Source: Desulfurococcales archaeon ex4484_204 (GTDB lineage Archaea > Thermoproteota > Thermoprotei_A > Sulfolobales > NBVN01). From it: 34,134 nt of DNA. Each line of letters opens with the position of its first letter. The stretch's first letter is position 1. Both the position numbers and the translations under genes were made by a program. The DNA lies in the NCBI GenBank assembly GCA_002255065.1, contig NJEF01000005.1, positions 1 to 34,134 of the forward strand, written 5' to 3'. Shown here piece by piece: positions 9,336 through 17,788 of this stretch. The notes under the pieces are model-generated. The model saw only the letters and a list, made by a program, of their open reading frames with translations. It was not told the DNA's origin and did no database searches.

Positions 9336-10163
9336 TTAAAAACCACCGGGCTCCTCAGTAAGAAAGTTCTCACCGCCAGCTACGACACGCTGTATGAGGC
9401 CGTAAAGCCCGTCAATACCTACACGCTCCTTCGCCGAGATAGGGACTGCATCGCTGTATACCTCCCTTAAGGTGTTGCAGATATCAACGCTTACGTCGCT
9501 GTTAATAAACATTGACTTAACCCCTGCCTCCATACAGCTGAACTCATCGCTAAGTATCTTAAAGAGAAAGAGCTCCTCCATGGCAGCCTTGGGGGTGCCA
9601 CGGGTAGGAGCGATACTGATTACTAAATCAATTTTATTAACAGCTATGATCTGGGGGAGCTTAAGCCTGTATAACGTTGATAATGCTAGCAACAGCATGG
9701 AGAACGCTGATGAAGGTGATGAAGCTAGCCTAGCATCAACTAGAAACACAGAAGCAGCTTTATAGCCCCTAACTAACTCACTTACTATTATAGGTCCTAG
9801 CCTCCTAAACGCTATTATCTCTAACTGACCTGGCATATCAACTATAGCGTAGTTAGCTCTAATCTCATCTATCTCCCTTCTAATATCGTTAACGTAGTTA
9901 GCGAGCATGTCAACACTGGCTACTAACGCGCTGTTAGGGCCTAAACCCTTCCTGATCATGAGGTCACGGGCTTTAATGTACCTCCTAACGTCAACGTCAG
10001 GGACGTAGGGAAGGGTTTCAGCAGCAGGATCGAAGTTAACCCTAGCTACACTCATTCCATAGCTCTCAATCCATTCAGCAAGCGAGCTAGTAAGAGTTGA
10101 CTTCCCAGAGCCCGCAGGCCCCACTATTAGCACGTAATACATAGGGACACCTACATTAACCAT
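9336..10163 (-). CDS. GPN-loop GTPase (XAB1/Npa3 family)
   Basis: The P-loop is VLIVGPAGSGKSTL. A GPN motif (RKGLGPNSALV) and an NKID-type motif (IAVNKIDL) are present. The real start may be the second Met (MYYVLIVG, 10142). The track start overlaps the upstream gene by 13 nt. Confidence 0.85.
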   Translation of the reverse strand: MVNVGVPMYYVLIVGPAGSGKSTLTSSLAEWIESYGMSVARVNFDPAAETLPYVPDVDVRRYIKARDLMIRKGLGPNSALVASVDMLANYVNDIRREIDEIRANYAIVDMPGQLEIIAFRRLGPIIVSELVRGYKAASVFLVDARLASSPSSAFSMLLLALSTLYRLKLPQIIAVNKIDLVISIAPTRGTPKAAMEELFLFKILSDEFSCMEAGVKSMFINSDVSVDICNTLREVYSDAVPISAKERVGIDGLYGLIQRVVAGGENFLTEEPGGF

Positions 10164-11239
10164 AGGGAGGCTCTACGTCTCCTTGTAAACTCACCAACTA
10201 TGTTTACCCTGTACCCGCACTTAGGGCATCTATTGCCCTCCGCAAGGTTCCACTCAACTATATCGAAGCCAAACCTCTTAACTAAGGGGTAGCCACATCT
10301 AGGGCAGTACGTATGCTCTAGCTGATGGCCCGGAACGTTACCTAGATAAACATGCTTTAAACCCTCGCCTAGCGCTACCCTAGCTAACCTCTCTAATGTC
10401 TCAACAGGCGTTGCCGGTAGGTCGGTCATTAAGTAGTGAGGATAGAAGCGAAGTACATGAAACGGTGTTTCGGGACCTAAATTCTCAACCACCCATCTAG
10501 CTAGCCTGCGCATATCGTTAGGGTCGTCACCATACCTCGGTACGACGAGGTTTGTTACCTCAATGAATATCCCCTTCCTCTTCATTTCTAGGAGCGTTGT
10601 GAACGTGGGTTCGGGGTCGTGAACACCCATGAACTTCTGGTAGAACCTCTTATTACCAGCACCTTTAAAATCCACGGTCGCTGCATCCATGTATGGGGAG
10701 AGCTCGTCTAGGGCATCACACGTCATGTACCCATTAGTTACCATAGTGTTAAAAAGACCTTCCTTCTTCGCCAGCCTAGCTGTGTCATACATAAACTCAT
10801 AGAATACCGTCGGCTCATTATACGTATAGCTAATACCGTCAGCACCACGCCTCCTCGCTAGATCCACGACCTTTTCCGGCGTGAAGTACTCCCCAAATAC
10901 CTCGTCCCTCCTAGACTGACTTATAGTCCAGTTCTGGCAGAACCTACACATAAAGTTACACCCAGCTGTAGATATGGAGTAAACACTAGTTCCAGGGCGG
11001 AAGTGATACAGCGGCTTCTTTTCTATGGGGTCTAGGTTAGCTGCAGTTAATAAACCGTAAACCAAGGTGTATAAAGTCCCCCCACTGTTGTATCTAACTC
11101 CGCAAGCACCGAAACCCTCGCTAGCTATAGGGCACTTCTTATAGCAGAGGTAGCATTGAACCTTACCCTTATCCATCCTCCTCCAGAACTTCGCGACCCT
11201 CACCCATGGCTTACTGAGATCCGGTTTACGCCTAACCAC
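10151..11239 (-). CDS. amrS: Radical SAM enzyme, AmmeMemoRadiSam-system / PFL-activase-like
   Basis: The N-terminal Cys-rich segment is VQCYLCYKKCPI...GACGVR. The radical SAM cluster is GCNFMCRFCQNW. A C-terminal zinc-ribbon-like pair is CPRCG...CPKCG. The length (362 aa) fits that family. Confidence 0.75.
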   Translation of the reverse strand: MVRRKPDLSKPWVRVAKFWRRMDKGKVQCYLCYKKCPIASEGFGACGVRYNSGGTLYTLVYGLLTAANLDPIEKKPLYHFRPGTSVYSISTAGCNFMCRFCQNWTISQSRRDEVFGEYFTPEKVVDLARRRGADGISYTYNEPTVFYEFMYDTARLAKKEGLFNTMVTNGYMTCDALDELSPYMDAATVDFKGAGNKRFYQKFMGVHDPEPTFTTLLEMKRKGIFIEVTNLVVPRYGDDPNDMRRLARWVVENLGPETPFHVLRFYPHYLMTDLPATPVETLERLARVALGEGLKHVYLGNVPGHQLEHTYCPRCGYPLVKRFGFDIVEWNLAEGNRCPKCGYRVNIVGEFTRRRRASLWLM

Positions 11240-11341
11240 TTTAACACCCCTAGCTCATTACCTCCTCCAGTGGTTATAAAGGGGGTGATTCGTTAAATAG
11301 CTATTTATCTTGGATACCCAATAGGATCTGGTGTAGAGGTA

Positions 11342-12238
11342 ATGTTGATAGTATCGTTACCTGCCTCCTTAGGGCTAGGGGAGGAGCTGTCCCTATTGCT
11401 GAATGTTAAATCGCTAAACGTGGTATCAAAGACGTTCCCCGATGGCGAGTCCTACATTAGGCTCCCTTCAAGCGGTGCTGTACGAGGTGAGGACATCCTG
11501 CTCGTTCAAACAACCTACCCGTTGCAGGATAAGAGGTTAGTAGAGCTACTGTTAGCCATAGATGCTGTAAAGGAGTACGGGGCAAAGGAGATTACCGCAT
11601 TCATACCGTACCTGGCTTACTCCAGGCAGGATAAGGTGTTCCTTGAAGGTGAGGCAGTGAGCATAAGGGCTGTAATGAGGGCTTTGAAGTGTTTAGGCCT
11701 AGGGAGGCTAATTACATTGGATGCCCATAGCGAGAGCGCTTTATCCTTCTTTGATGGTGAAGTATTAAACGTAGACCCGTCCCCTATATTCGCAGATGTT
11801 TTAAGAGGGAGGGTTTCTAAACCCTTAATCATAGCTCCCGATGCTGGGGCACGTAAACGCGCTGCATCACTAAGTAAGGAGCTTGGGGGCGTAGACTTCA
11901 TAGTAATTAAGAAGTTTAGGGATAGGTACAGCGGTAAGATATCGCATGAATTCCTAACCGATATAGATTTAGCGGGTAAAGACGTAGTAGTTGTTGATGA
12001 CATCATAAGCACCGGGGGAACCATAGCTAGCATAGCATCCTATTCAAAGGCTAAGGGGGCTTTAAAGGTCATAGCTGTTGCAAGCCATGGTTTATTTGTT
12101 GGCAACGCGTATGATAGGCTAAGGAGATCGGGCGTTGATGAAATCTACGTTTTAAGAACTGTACCGCCATTGAGCAAGGCAACGTATGTGAGTCCCGCTA
12201 AGCTGGTAGCAGAGCATATTCAAAAGCTTCTCACGTGA
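11342..12238 (+). CDS. prs: Ribose-phosphate pyrophosphokinase (PRPP synthetase)
   Basis: FPDGESYIRL, the IPYLAYSRQDK motif and the PRPP-binding loop VVVVDDIISTGGTI are all present. Confidence 0.9.
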   Translation: MLIVSLPASLGLGEELSLLLNVKSLNVVSKTFPDGESYIRLPSSGAVRGEDILLVQTTYPLQDKRLVELLLAIDAVKEYGAKEITAFIPYLAYSRQDKVFLEGEAVSIRAVMRALKCLGLGRLITLDAHSESALSFFDGEVLNVDPSPIFADVLRGRVSKPLIIAPDAGARKRAASLSKELGGVDFIVIKKFRDRYSGKISHEFLTDIDLAGKDVVVVDDIISTGGTIASIASYSKAKGALKVIAVASHGLFVGNAYDRLRRSGVDEIYVLRTVPPLSKATYVSPAKLVAEHIQKLLT

Positions 12239-12245
12239 GAGGGGC

Positions 12246-13256
12246 ATGAAGCTGTACCTCATGCTATCTGGTGAACATAGAACACTACCACTTTCAGAGG
12301 CCCTAGCTATAGCTAAGGCTGAAGGTATTCCCTTAAAGGTGCTCGTACATCTCGACCAGGTGTTGCTAGTTGATGCGGAACCTACATACCTTAAACTCTT
12401 AAGAGTTAGGGCATCCCTAGTTAAGTACGCAGGTGTTCTAATTGATGTTATTGAGATTGATAGGGGCGGAGATGCTGCTAAGATTGTTAGGGCTGTAAAC
12501 CACCTTAGTGTAAGAGATGTCGTGTTCAAGAGGGTTAAGGAGTACTCCCCACGGCTAAGCTATGAGGACGTGGTTTCATGCGCTAGACGCAGTCTTAGGC
12601 GTTCAGGAAGTGGGGGTGAGGTTATTGACGTAATCCTCACGGAGGGTGTTGCTGTAGTAGGTTTAAGGAGGTTTGAAAGAGACTTAAGCTCTTTTAGGGC
12701 TAGAGACCCGCAAAACAGACCAGTATACAGGCCCGGAACGCTTACCTCGGTCATGTCTAGAGTACTCGTTAATTTGAGCAGGGTAAGCATTTTAAGGGAT
12801 AGCGTATTCCTAGATCCCTTCTGCGGGATCGGGGGTTTACTACTTGAGGCATGCTCTATAGGTGTTAGCAGCTACCTAGGTATCGATATAAACAGCGATT
12901 ATGTTCGTGGAGCGCGAGAGAACTTAACGCATTATGGATGTATACCTAGCGTCGTTTCAGGGGATGCCTGCAGCTTGCCAATAGCGGTAGGGAGAGTTGA
13001 CGCTATTGGGACGGACCCCCCTTACGGGAGGATGACCAGAGTTTCGGGTAGGTCAAGCATAAAGGAATTGATGAAGTCCTTCCTTGTGAGCGCCGGCAAG
13101 GTTTTAAAGAAGAATTCTTATATGGCTTTCGCCCAGCTAAAGGACGCCCTTAGCAGCTATGAGGTAGAGGACCTCGGCTTTAAAGTTATTGAGAAACACA
13201 GGAACTGGGTACATGGCTCGCTAACACGCGATATCTACGTGGTGGTGAAGTCTTGA
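12246..13256 (+). CDS. THUMP-domain RNA (guanine-N2) methyltransferase, archaeal Trm11/Trm14-like
   Basis: The SAM motif I is FLDPFCGIGGLLLEA and the N-methyltransferase motif IV is IGTDPPYGR. The N-terminal part is about 170 aa, compatible with a THUMP-type domain. The 3' end overlaps the RNase Z start as TTGA (13253-13256). Confidence 0.7.
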   Translation: MKLYLMLSGEHRTLPLSEALAIAKAEGIPLKVLVHLDQVLLVDAEPTYLKLLRVRASLVKYAGVLIDVIEIDRGGDAAKIVRAVNHLSVRDVVFKRVKEYSPRLSYEDVVSCARRSLRRSGSGGEVIDVILTEGVAVVGLRRFERDLSSFRARDPQNRPVYRPGTLTSVMSRVLVNLSRVSILRDSVFLDPFCGIGGLLLEACSIGVSSYLGIDINSDYVRGARENLTHYGCIPSVVSGDACSLPIAVGRVDAIGTDPPYGRMTRVSGRSSIKELMKSFLVSAGKVLKKNSYMAFAQLKDALSSYEVEDLGFKVIEKHRNWVHGSLTRDIYVVVKS

Positions 13257-14011
13257 ACCCAATAAAGGTAGTATTCCTTGGAAGTAGGGGGCCGACTGCA
13301 GGAGATGACGACATGCCCGGAGTGTTAATAAGCTATGGGAAGCACCTAGTACTTATTGATGCGAGCGAGGGGATACAAAAGAGGATAGCCATAGCTGGCT
13401 ATAGCATAGTTAAGGTTAGTAAAATACTGATTACCCACCTTCACGGCGACCACATCTTAGGCCTCATACCTCTCCTTCAGTCCATGTCGTTGAGCGGTGT
13501 TAAGGAGGACGTAGATGTGGTAGGCCCGCCGGGAATTTCAAGCTACCTAGATGCTAACTTCAATAAGCTCTTCTTTAAGCCTTCGTTCAACCTGCATGTT
13601 AAGGAGGTACTTAATGAGTGCTTTAAGTTAGCTCACGGCATGACAGCTTACGCGTTCCCCCTAGATCACGGCATACCGACGGTAGCCTTTAACATCAACA
13701 TAAATGGGAAATCAATTGCCTACGTCTCAGATACTAAACCTAGCTACGACTACATGCATTACCTAGAGAGCCCCGACCTCTTAATTCACGACGCTGCATT
13801 CTCAAGCGAGCTAAGGAGCTTAGCTATTAAGTACGGTCACTCAACAGCTAGAGATGCTGCGGAAATCGCTGCTAAATCTAACGCTAAGCTCCTCATACTT
13901 TACCATATATCACCAAGATACAGGAACGTGGATACGCTGTTAAATGAGGCTAGAGCTATCTTTAGGAACACATATGTTGCTGAGAAGTTCCTTAAAGTAC
14001 TTATTAAGTGA
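13253..14011 (+). CDS. rnz: Ribonuclease Z (tRNA 3' endonuclease, metallo-beta-lactamase fold)
   Basis: VVFLGSRG...LIDASEG, the ITHLHGDH zinc motif, and the downstream D/H ligand contexts (VSDT, HDAAF, YGHST, LYHISPRY) are present. The start is TTG, overlapping the upstream stop. Confidence 0.8.
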   Translation: MNPIKVVFLGSRGPTAGDDDMPGVLISYGKHLVLIDASEGIQKRIAIAGYSIVKVSKILITHLHGDHILGLIPLLQSMSLSGVKEDVDVVGPPGISSYLDANFNKLFFKPSFNLHVKEVLNECFKLAHGMTAYAFPLDHGIPTVAFNININGKSIAYVSDTKPSYDYMHYLESPDLLIHDAAFSSELRSLAIKYGHSTARDAAEIAAKSNAKLLILYHISPRYRNVDTLLNEARAIFRNTYVAEKFLKVLIK

Positions 14012-14016
14012 GGACA

Positions 14017-14460
14017 TTACACGCTAGGAATACCTCTCTCCCACAATGGCCTCCCCCTCGACGTTTTAGGGGCGAGCCAGTCGATAATGTCTTTCAGCTT
14101 ACCGCTTACTATAGCTATGGTTATTGGCCCTAGAGGGGACTCATCATCATAGGTAATAAATGATACATGTCCAGCGTAGGCACTCTGCTTGTGGAGCTTT
14201 ATGACTAGCGTGCTCCCCTTAGCTGATGCAAGCATGACCTTTCTAGCAGCATCAAGTATCCTATCATGGCGCAAGACCTCATGAAATCTAGCAAGAGACT
14301 TAATATCTCTGCTCTCACCAACTACTAGCAACTCATTACTAGGGGTCTCAACAACCTTTAGATCCTTGCTATCTATCCCAACGACATTAAGTATAGACCT
14401 CTTAACCTTACTAACGTCTTCAGTGGGCCTTACCTCAGCTTCAACCCTTAGCAAGAACAT
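14017..14460 (-). CDS. UPF0201-family putative RNA-binding protein (COG1931-like)
   Basis: The N-terminus is VEAEVRPTEDVSKVKRSILNV. The gene is about 145 aa and lies immediately downstream of, and overlapping (20 nt), a UPF0200-type P-loop kinase. This is the pairing I recall from Sulfolobus genomes. The assignment rests on memory of the family. Confidence 0.55.
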   Translation of the reverse strand: MFLLRVEAEVRPTEDVSKVKRSILNVVGIDSKDLKVVETPSNELLVVGESRDIKSLARFHEVLRHDRILDAARKVMLASAKGSTLVIKLHKQSAYAGHVSFITYDDESPLGPITIAIVSGKLKDIIDWLAPKTSRGRPLWERGIPSV

Positions 14461-15007
14461 TCCTTACCTCCTCCTTCACCCTCCTCAAGGCTTCACTCTT
14501 TATAGAGCTTAAATCCATGCCTTCATTGACCAGCATTATATCCGCTAAAGCTATTACATTTCCAAGACCTAGCTCCAGCTCCTCCATATCCCTTCGTGCG
14601 AACTCACTCCACGTCTTTGGGTCATCCCTCCTCCCCCTACTTTTTAACCGCCTAAACCTCTCCTTAGGGGATGCATGTACCGCAACTACGATCACCATGG
14701 CATTCCTCCTAAACCTCTCCACTTCATAGATACTCCTAACGCCATCTACAACTACTACGGGGTTAGTAATAGTGTTGAGCCTCCTTAGAACGAGCTCAGC
14801 CACTGCTGCCTTGCCCAGCTCCTTCCTTAACTCCTTAGCGAACTTCATCATAGATCTGAGGTCTAGGGAATATCCCCTAGCTACCGCCTCATCCCTAACC
14901 ACATCGCCCATACTTATTAATGGAGTCCCTAGAGCGCTAGCTATAGCCCTTGAGACCAGGGTTTTACCTGCACCAGGCATCCCTGTAACGCATATCAGGA
15001 CCTTCAC
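14441..15007 (-). CDS. UPF0200-family P-loop nucleotide/nucleoside kinase-like protein (dephospho-CoA-kinase/adenylate-kinase fold)
   Basis: The Walker A motif is VTGMPGAGKT. The short (188 aa) kinase-like architecture includes a lid-like RRLKSRGRRDDP segment. Confidence 0.7.
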   Translation of the reverse strand: MKVLICVTGMPGAGKTLVSRAIASALGTPLISMGDVVRDEAVARGYSLDLRSMMKFAKELRKELGKAAVAELVLRRLNTITNPVVVVDGVRSIYEVERFRRNAMVIVVAVHASPKERFRRLKSRGRRDDPKTWSEFARRDMEELELGLGNVIALADIMLVNEGMDLSSIKSEALRRVKEEVRNVLAKG

Positions 15008-15218
15008 CTAAACCCCTCAATATTATAGTGGTTTAGCTTAAGGAATATTTAAGTATTTTTCCTTTGACTTTTTAATACGTTAAGTATGGGGTACCGGATT
15101 GTAATTCTAGGAGCAATAAGGATCGGTCTGAGCAATCAATCACTAACATCACTAAATGGGTAATACATGTAGCGTATTTAGAGGTCCCTATGTTTTGTGT
15201 TTAGAGTGGTAACAGTAT

Positions 15219-16691
15219 CTACGGTGATCCCGTGCCAGTTATATTTAGGTGTAAATCATGTAAGGGCATTATATACGTCTTTAGAAAGGTCGGGCAGGAC
15301 TGCTTCGGCCTCCCGTAGAGCACCTCGCCTTTACTTACCCCTAATGGGATCACCTTCTTAACTAATTCATCTATGCTCCTAGCTACGAACACTAGCTTCA
15401 CGTGCTTACCCTCTACCCTAGACCTATTACTAAGTAAGGCGTCTGTAGGGGACGTATACCTTACCGGCTTTACTACGTACAGCCGACCATCATCGCCTAC
15501 CCAGGGACCTATAGAGGTGGGTGAATCCACATACTTGTAGATAAAGGCTAGGGAGTTAGGCCCCATATGCGGGTAGGGACCTATGTGTATCCTGCTTACA
15601 GAGGTGTTGCAATTAAGGACGTCGAGGAATATCATAGCAATGGGTCCCTCATTACTCCAAGCTCTAACGTCTATAACCTTGAAATCGCTCTCCTTTAAAA
15701 CATTGACACACTTTCTCCCCACTCTCCTTAACTCCCCCCACAGGACGTCCGGTGCTACACCATGTGCTACGCGATAGACAGCTATAACAGGGCACCTACC
15801 CGACTTTTTAACAGCATTACTCAGTTCGTCACTACTAAAGGCCTCTCTTCGAGGAAAGAAGTAGTCCCTTGAGGGATGCGTAAGGAAGAGCTTAGCTGCA
15901 AGTACTGCTGTCTCGAAGGATTTAAGGGATACCGCCGCCGCAGCATTTCTCCTAAGATCTACGGGGTCTGGGACTACTAAAGGTGTAACTCCGTGTAATT
16001 TATTATCTATCTCAGTGCCGTTAGTATCCTCTATAATGACTAACTGGGGGGGTTTCCAGGAAGCCATACTCTTAATGGAGTTAATAAAGGTGCCATATTT
16101 TATTATGAGAAGTTCGCAGAGGTATCCTGAGAAACCCGAGGTCTTGATCTCAGCTCCGTAAACACCTACCCCTTTAAGGAATTTCTTTAGTAACCTAACC
16201 TCGTCCTTCTGTTCATCCTTAAGCCTACTAACTACGTACTTTGTATGAAATGGAGTCCTATCAACAGCCGTCTTTATATCATTAATGTTAGTAGCCCAGT
16301 ATGCTGGCACTATATCCGCACTATAAATCCTCCACGAAACATTGATGTATGGGTGTGAAGAGTACCGTAACTTAGCATTAAAACCTTTCATCGTAAGAGC
16401 ATTCCTTAGGGGTCTAATAATATTCGTCTTTATCCAGCTATTGGTGATATCATCCTTCTTTACTAGTATAAAAATATCGAGGTCTGTCTCCCCCCCAATA
16501 TTAGTATCCTTAGCTAGGGAGCCCTCGAGTTCAACCATGTATTCGTAGTCTATGCTTAGAGTATTCATAATAATATCCCTGATCCTATTGTACAGTGAAT
16601 ACGCCTCCTGGTTTTCACGCAGTCTAGGTCTTAGCAAGAGCTTTAGCTCCCCAAGCAGTTCGTTCAGCGTGCTTCCACTACTCACACTCAT
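15219..16691 (-). CDS. cca: CCA-adding enzyme (archaeal class I tRNA nucleotidyltransferase)
   Basis: The catalytic motif is LEGSLAKDTNIGGETDLDIFIL. DRTPFHTKYV and GFSGYLCELLIIKYG are also present. These are signatures of archaeal class I CCA enzymes. The start overlaps the thpR stop as ATGA (16688-16691). Confidence 0.9.
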   Translation of the reverse strand: MSVSSGSTLNELLGELKLLLRPRLRENQEAYSLYNRIRDIIMNTLSIDYEYMVELEGSLAKDTNIGGETDLDIFILVKKDDITNSWIKTNIIRPLRNALTMKGFNAKLRYSSHPYINVSWRIYSADIVPAYWATNINDIKTAVDRTPFHTKYVVSRLKDEQKDEVRLLKKFLKGVGVYGAEIKTSGFSGYLCELLIIKYGTFINSIKSMASWKPPQLVIIEDTNGTEIDNKLHGVTPLVVPDPVDLRRNAAAAVSLKSFETAVLAAKLFLTHPSRDYFFPRREAFSSDELSNAVKKSGRCPVIAVYRVAHGVAPDVLWGELRRVGRKCVNVLKESDFKVIDVRAWSNEGPIAMIFLDVLNCNTSVSRIHIGPYPHMGPNSLAFIYKYVDSPTSIGPWVGDDGRLYVVKPVRYTSPTDALLSNRSRVEGKHVKLVFVARSIDELVKKVIPLGVSKGEVLYGRPKQSCPTFLKTYIMPLHDLHLNITGTGSP

Positions 16692-17257
16692 ACCCCTTTA
16701 AGCTTAACGGTGTGAATGTCGATATACTCAGGCCCTTGAGGTTTAAGGATACTTCTCTTAAGAACTACCTTAGTTACCCTGCTCGTACCCACCAGGTCAT
16801 CAGAGTGCGACATTATGAAGTCCCTTAAGCAGCTACCGCTAATCCTTCTCTTAACCCTAGCTATAGTTATGTGAGGGACGAACTCCTGGTGCTCTGGTCT
16901 CTTAATATCTCTTAAACAATCGTCTAGAACCCCTCTCAACGTCTTGAGCTCGCTAGCCCCTCCTTTAACGCCAACCCAAATTACCCTTGGCCTAGATAGG
17001 GAGGGAAACACCCCTACACCTCTTAGCTCCATAGTGAACTGGCTGTACTTAGAACATCTGTCTAGGCAGTTAATTATAGCCGGTACTAAGCTCTCACTAA
17101 CCTCGCCAATAAACCTCAGGGTTAAGTGTATGTTCTCGTCTTCAACGCCCTTTATCTCCCTCTCCTTAGAGCACCCTAGGACTTCATCCCTTAACGCTAT
17201 CACCCTCCTTAACACATCCTCATCCTCTATCTCGATAGCGATGAAGAGCCTCACCAT
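16688..17257 (-). CDS. thpR: RNA 2',3'-cyclic phosphodiesterase (2H family, ThpR/LigT)
   Basis: The N-terminus is RLFIAIEI. The two H-x-T/S-x motifs are HLTLRFIG and HITIAR. The size (189 aa) fits. Confidence 0.85.
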   Translation of the reverse strand: MVRLFIAIEIEDEDVLRRVIALRDEVLGCSKEREIKGVEDENIHLTLRFIGEVSESLVPAIINCLDRCSKYSQFTMELRGVGVFPSLSRPRVIWVGVKGGASELKTLRGVLDDCLRDIKRPEHQEFVPHITIARVKRRISGSCLRDFIMSHSDDLVGTSRVTKVVLKRSILKPQGPEYIDIHTVKLKGV

Positions 17258-17290
17258 ACTAACCCCCGTAAGACTTCCCTGTACCTAAGG

Positions 17291-17311
17291 CTTAAAAACG
17301 TCTTTAAATAC
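17291..17311 (+). promoter_or_regulatory. Candidate TATA elements upstream of tRNA-Pro
   Basis: The sequences cttaaaaacg and tctttaaata lie 13-33 nt upstream of the mature tRNA 5' end (17324). TTTAAATA matches the archaeal TATA consensus. Confidence 0.4.
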
Positions 17312-17323
17312 TTTAAGAAGGTA

Positions 17324-17416
17324 GGGGCCGTCGTCTAGCTTGGCTAGGATGCCAGCCTGGGGTGTAAACCCCGCACAGAGCGCTGGTGGTCCCGGGTTCA
17401 AATCCCGGCGGCCCCA
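17324..17416 (+). tRNA. tRNA-Pro (anticodon GGG) with an 18-nt intron at the canonical 37/38 position; CCA not encoded
   Basis: I folded this by hand. The acceptor stem is GGGGCCG/CGGCCCC with discriminator A. The D arm is GTCT...GGAT. The anticodon stem is CCAGC/GCTGG. The loop is C-T-GGG-G, then the intron tgtaaaccccgcacagag (17363-17380), then C. The T arm is CCGGG-TTCAAAT-CCCGG. The intron's CCCC pairs with the anticodon GGGG, as expected for a bulge-helix-bulge substrate. Confidence 0.9.
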
Positions 17417-17607
17417 CTAACTTCCGTTATCACCCCTAACTTCTTAAGAACCTCAATAGCCCTCCTTACACCATCCTCCACACTCTCGGCGGATACATTA
17501 ACAATGAAGTTAGTACCCTTTAACTTGAATCGAAACCTCCTCTTACCCCCATAGACGTACTCCTCAACGAGTTCAAGCTCTAGCGACTTAGCGCCCACTA
17601 GCTCCAC
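17398..17607 (-). CDS. small hypothetical protein (69 aa)
   Basis: The ORF has balanced composition and a plausible alpha/beta pattern (FRFKLKGTNFIVNVSAESVEDGVRRAIEVLKKLGV). Its last 19 nt are antisense to the tRNA-Pro T-arm and acceptor stem. No family was recognised. Confidence 0.4.
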   Translation of the reverse strand: MELVGAKSLELELVEEYVYGGKRRFRFKLKGTNFIVNVSAESVEDGVRRAIEVLKKLGVITEVSGAAGI

Positions 17608-17788
17608 CGTACTAATTTACTCGCGATAAAGCTTTAAGAGGATACCCCTGAGAGACATGCTGTAGTTGTCCTAGCTACTGCACAGCATTAAGGCATCTTC
17701 CATAACAACGCCCCAAATCATAGGAACGGTTACTGACACCCACATAGATGGATTTAAAAGATCTATAAAGAACGTTTCTAGGGGTAGC

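Noticed and set aside
15008-15218. A 211-bp intergenic gap upstream of the UPF0200 gene and downstream of cca, scanned on both strands for a C/D-box sRNA.
   Set aside because: I found no properly spaced RUGAUGA / CUGA box pair. There is only a weak GTGATGT on the minus strand, with no D box. It is probably promoter/terminator spacer, though a proper snoRNA scan could still find something.
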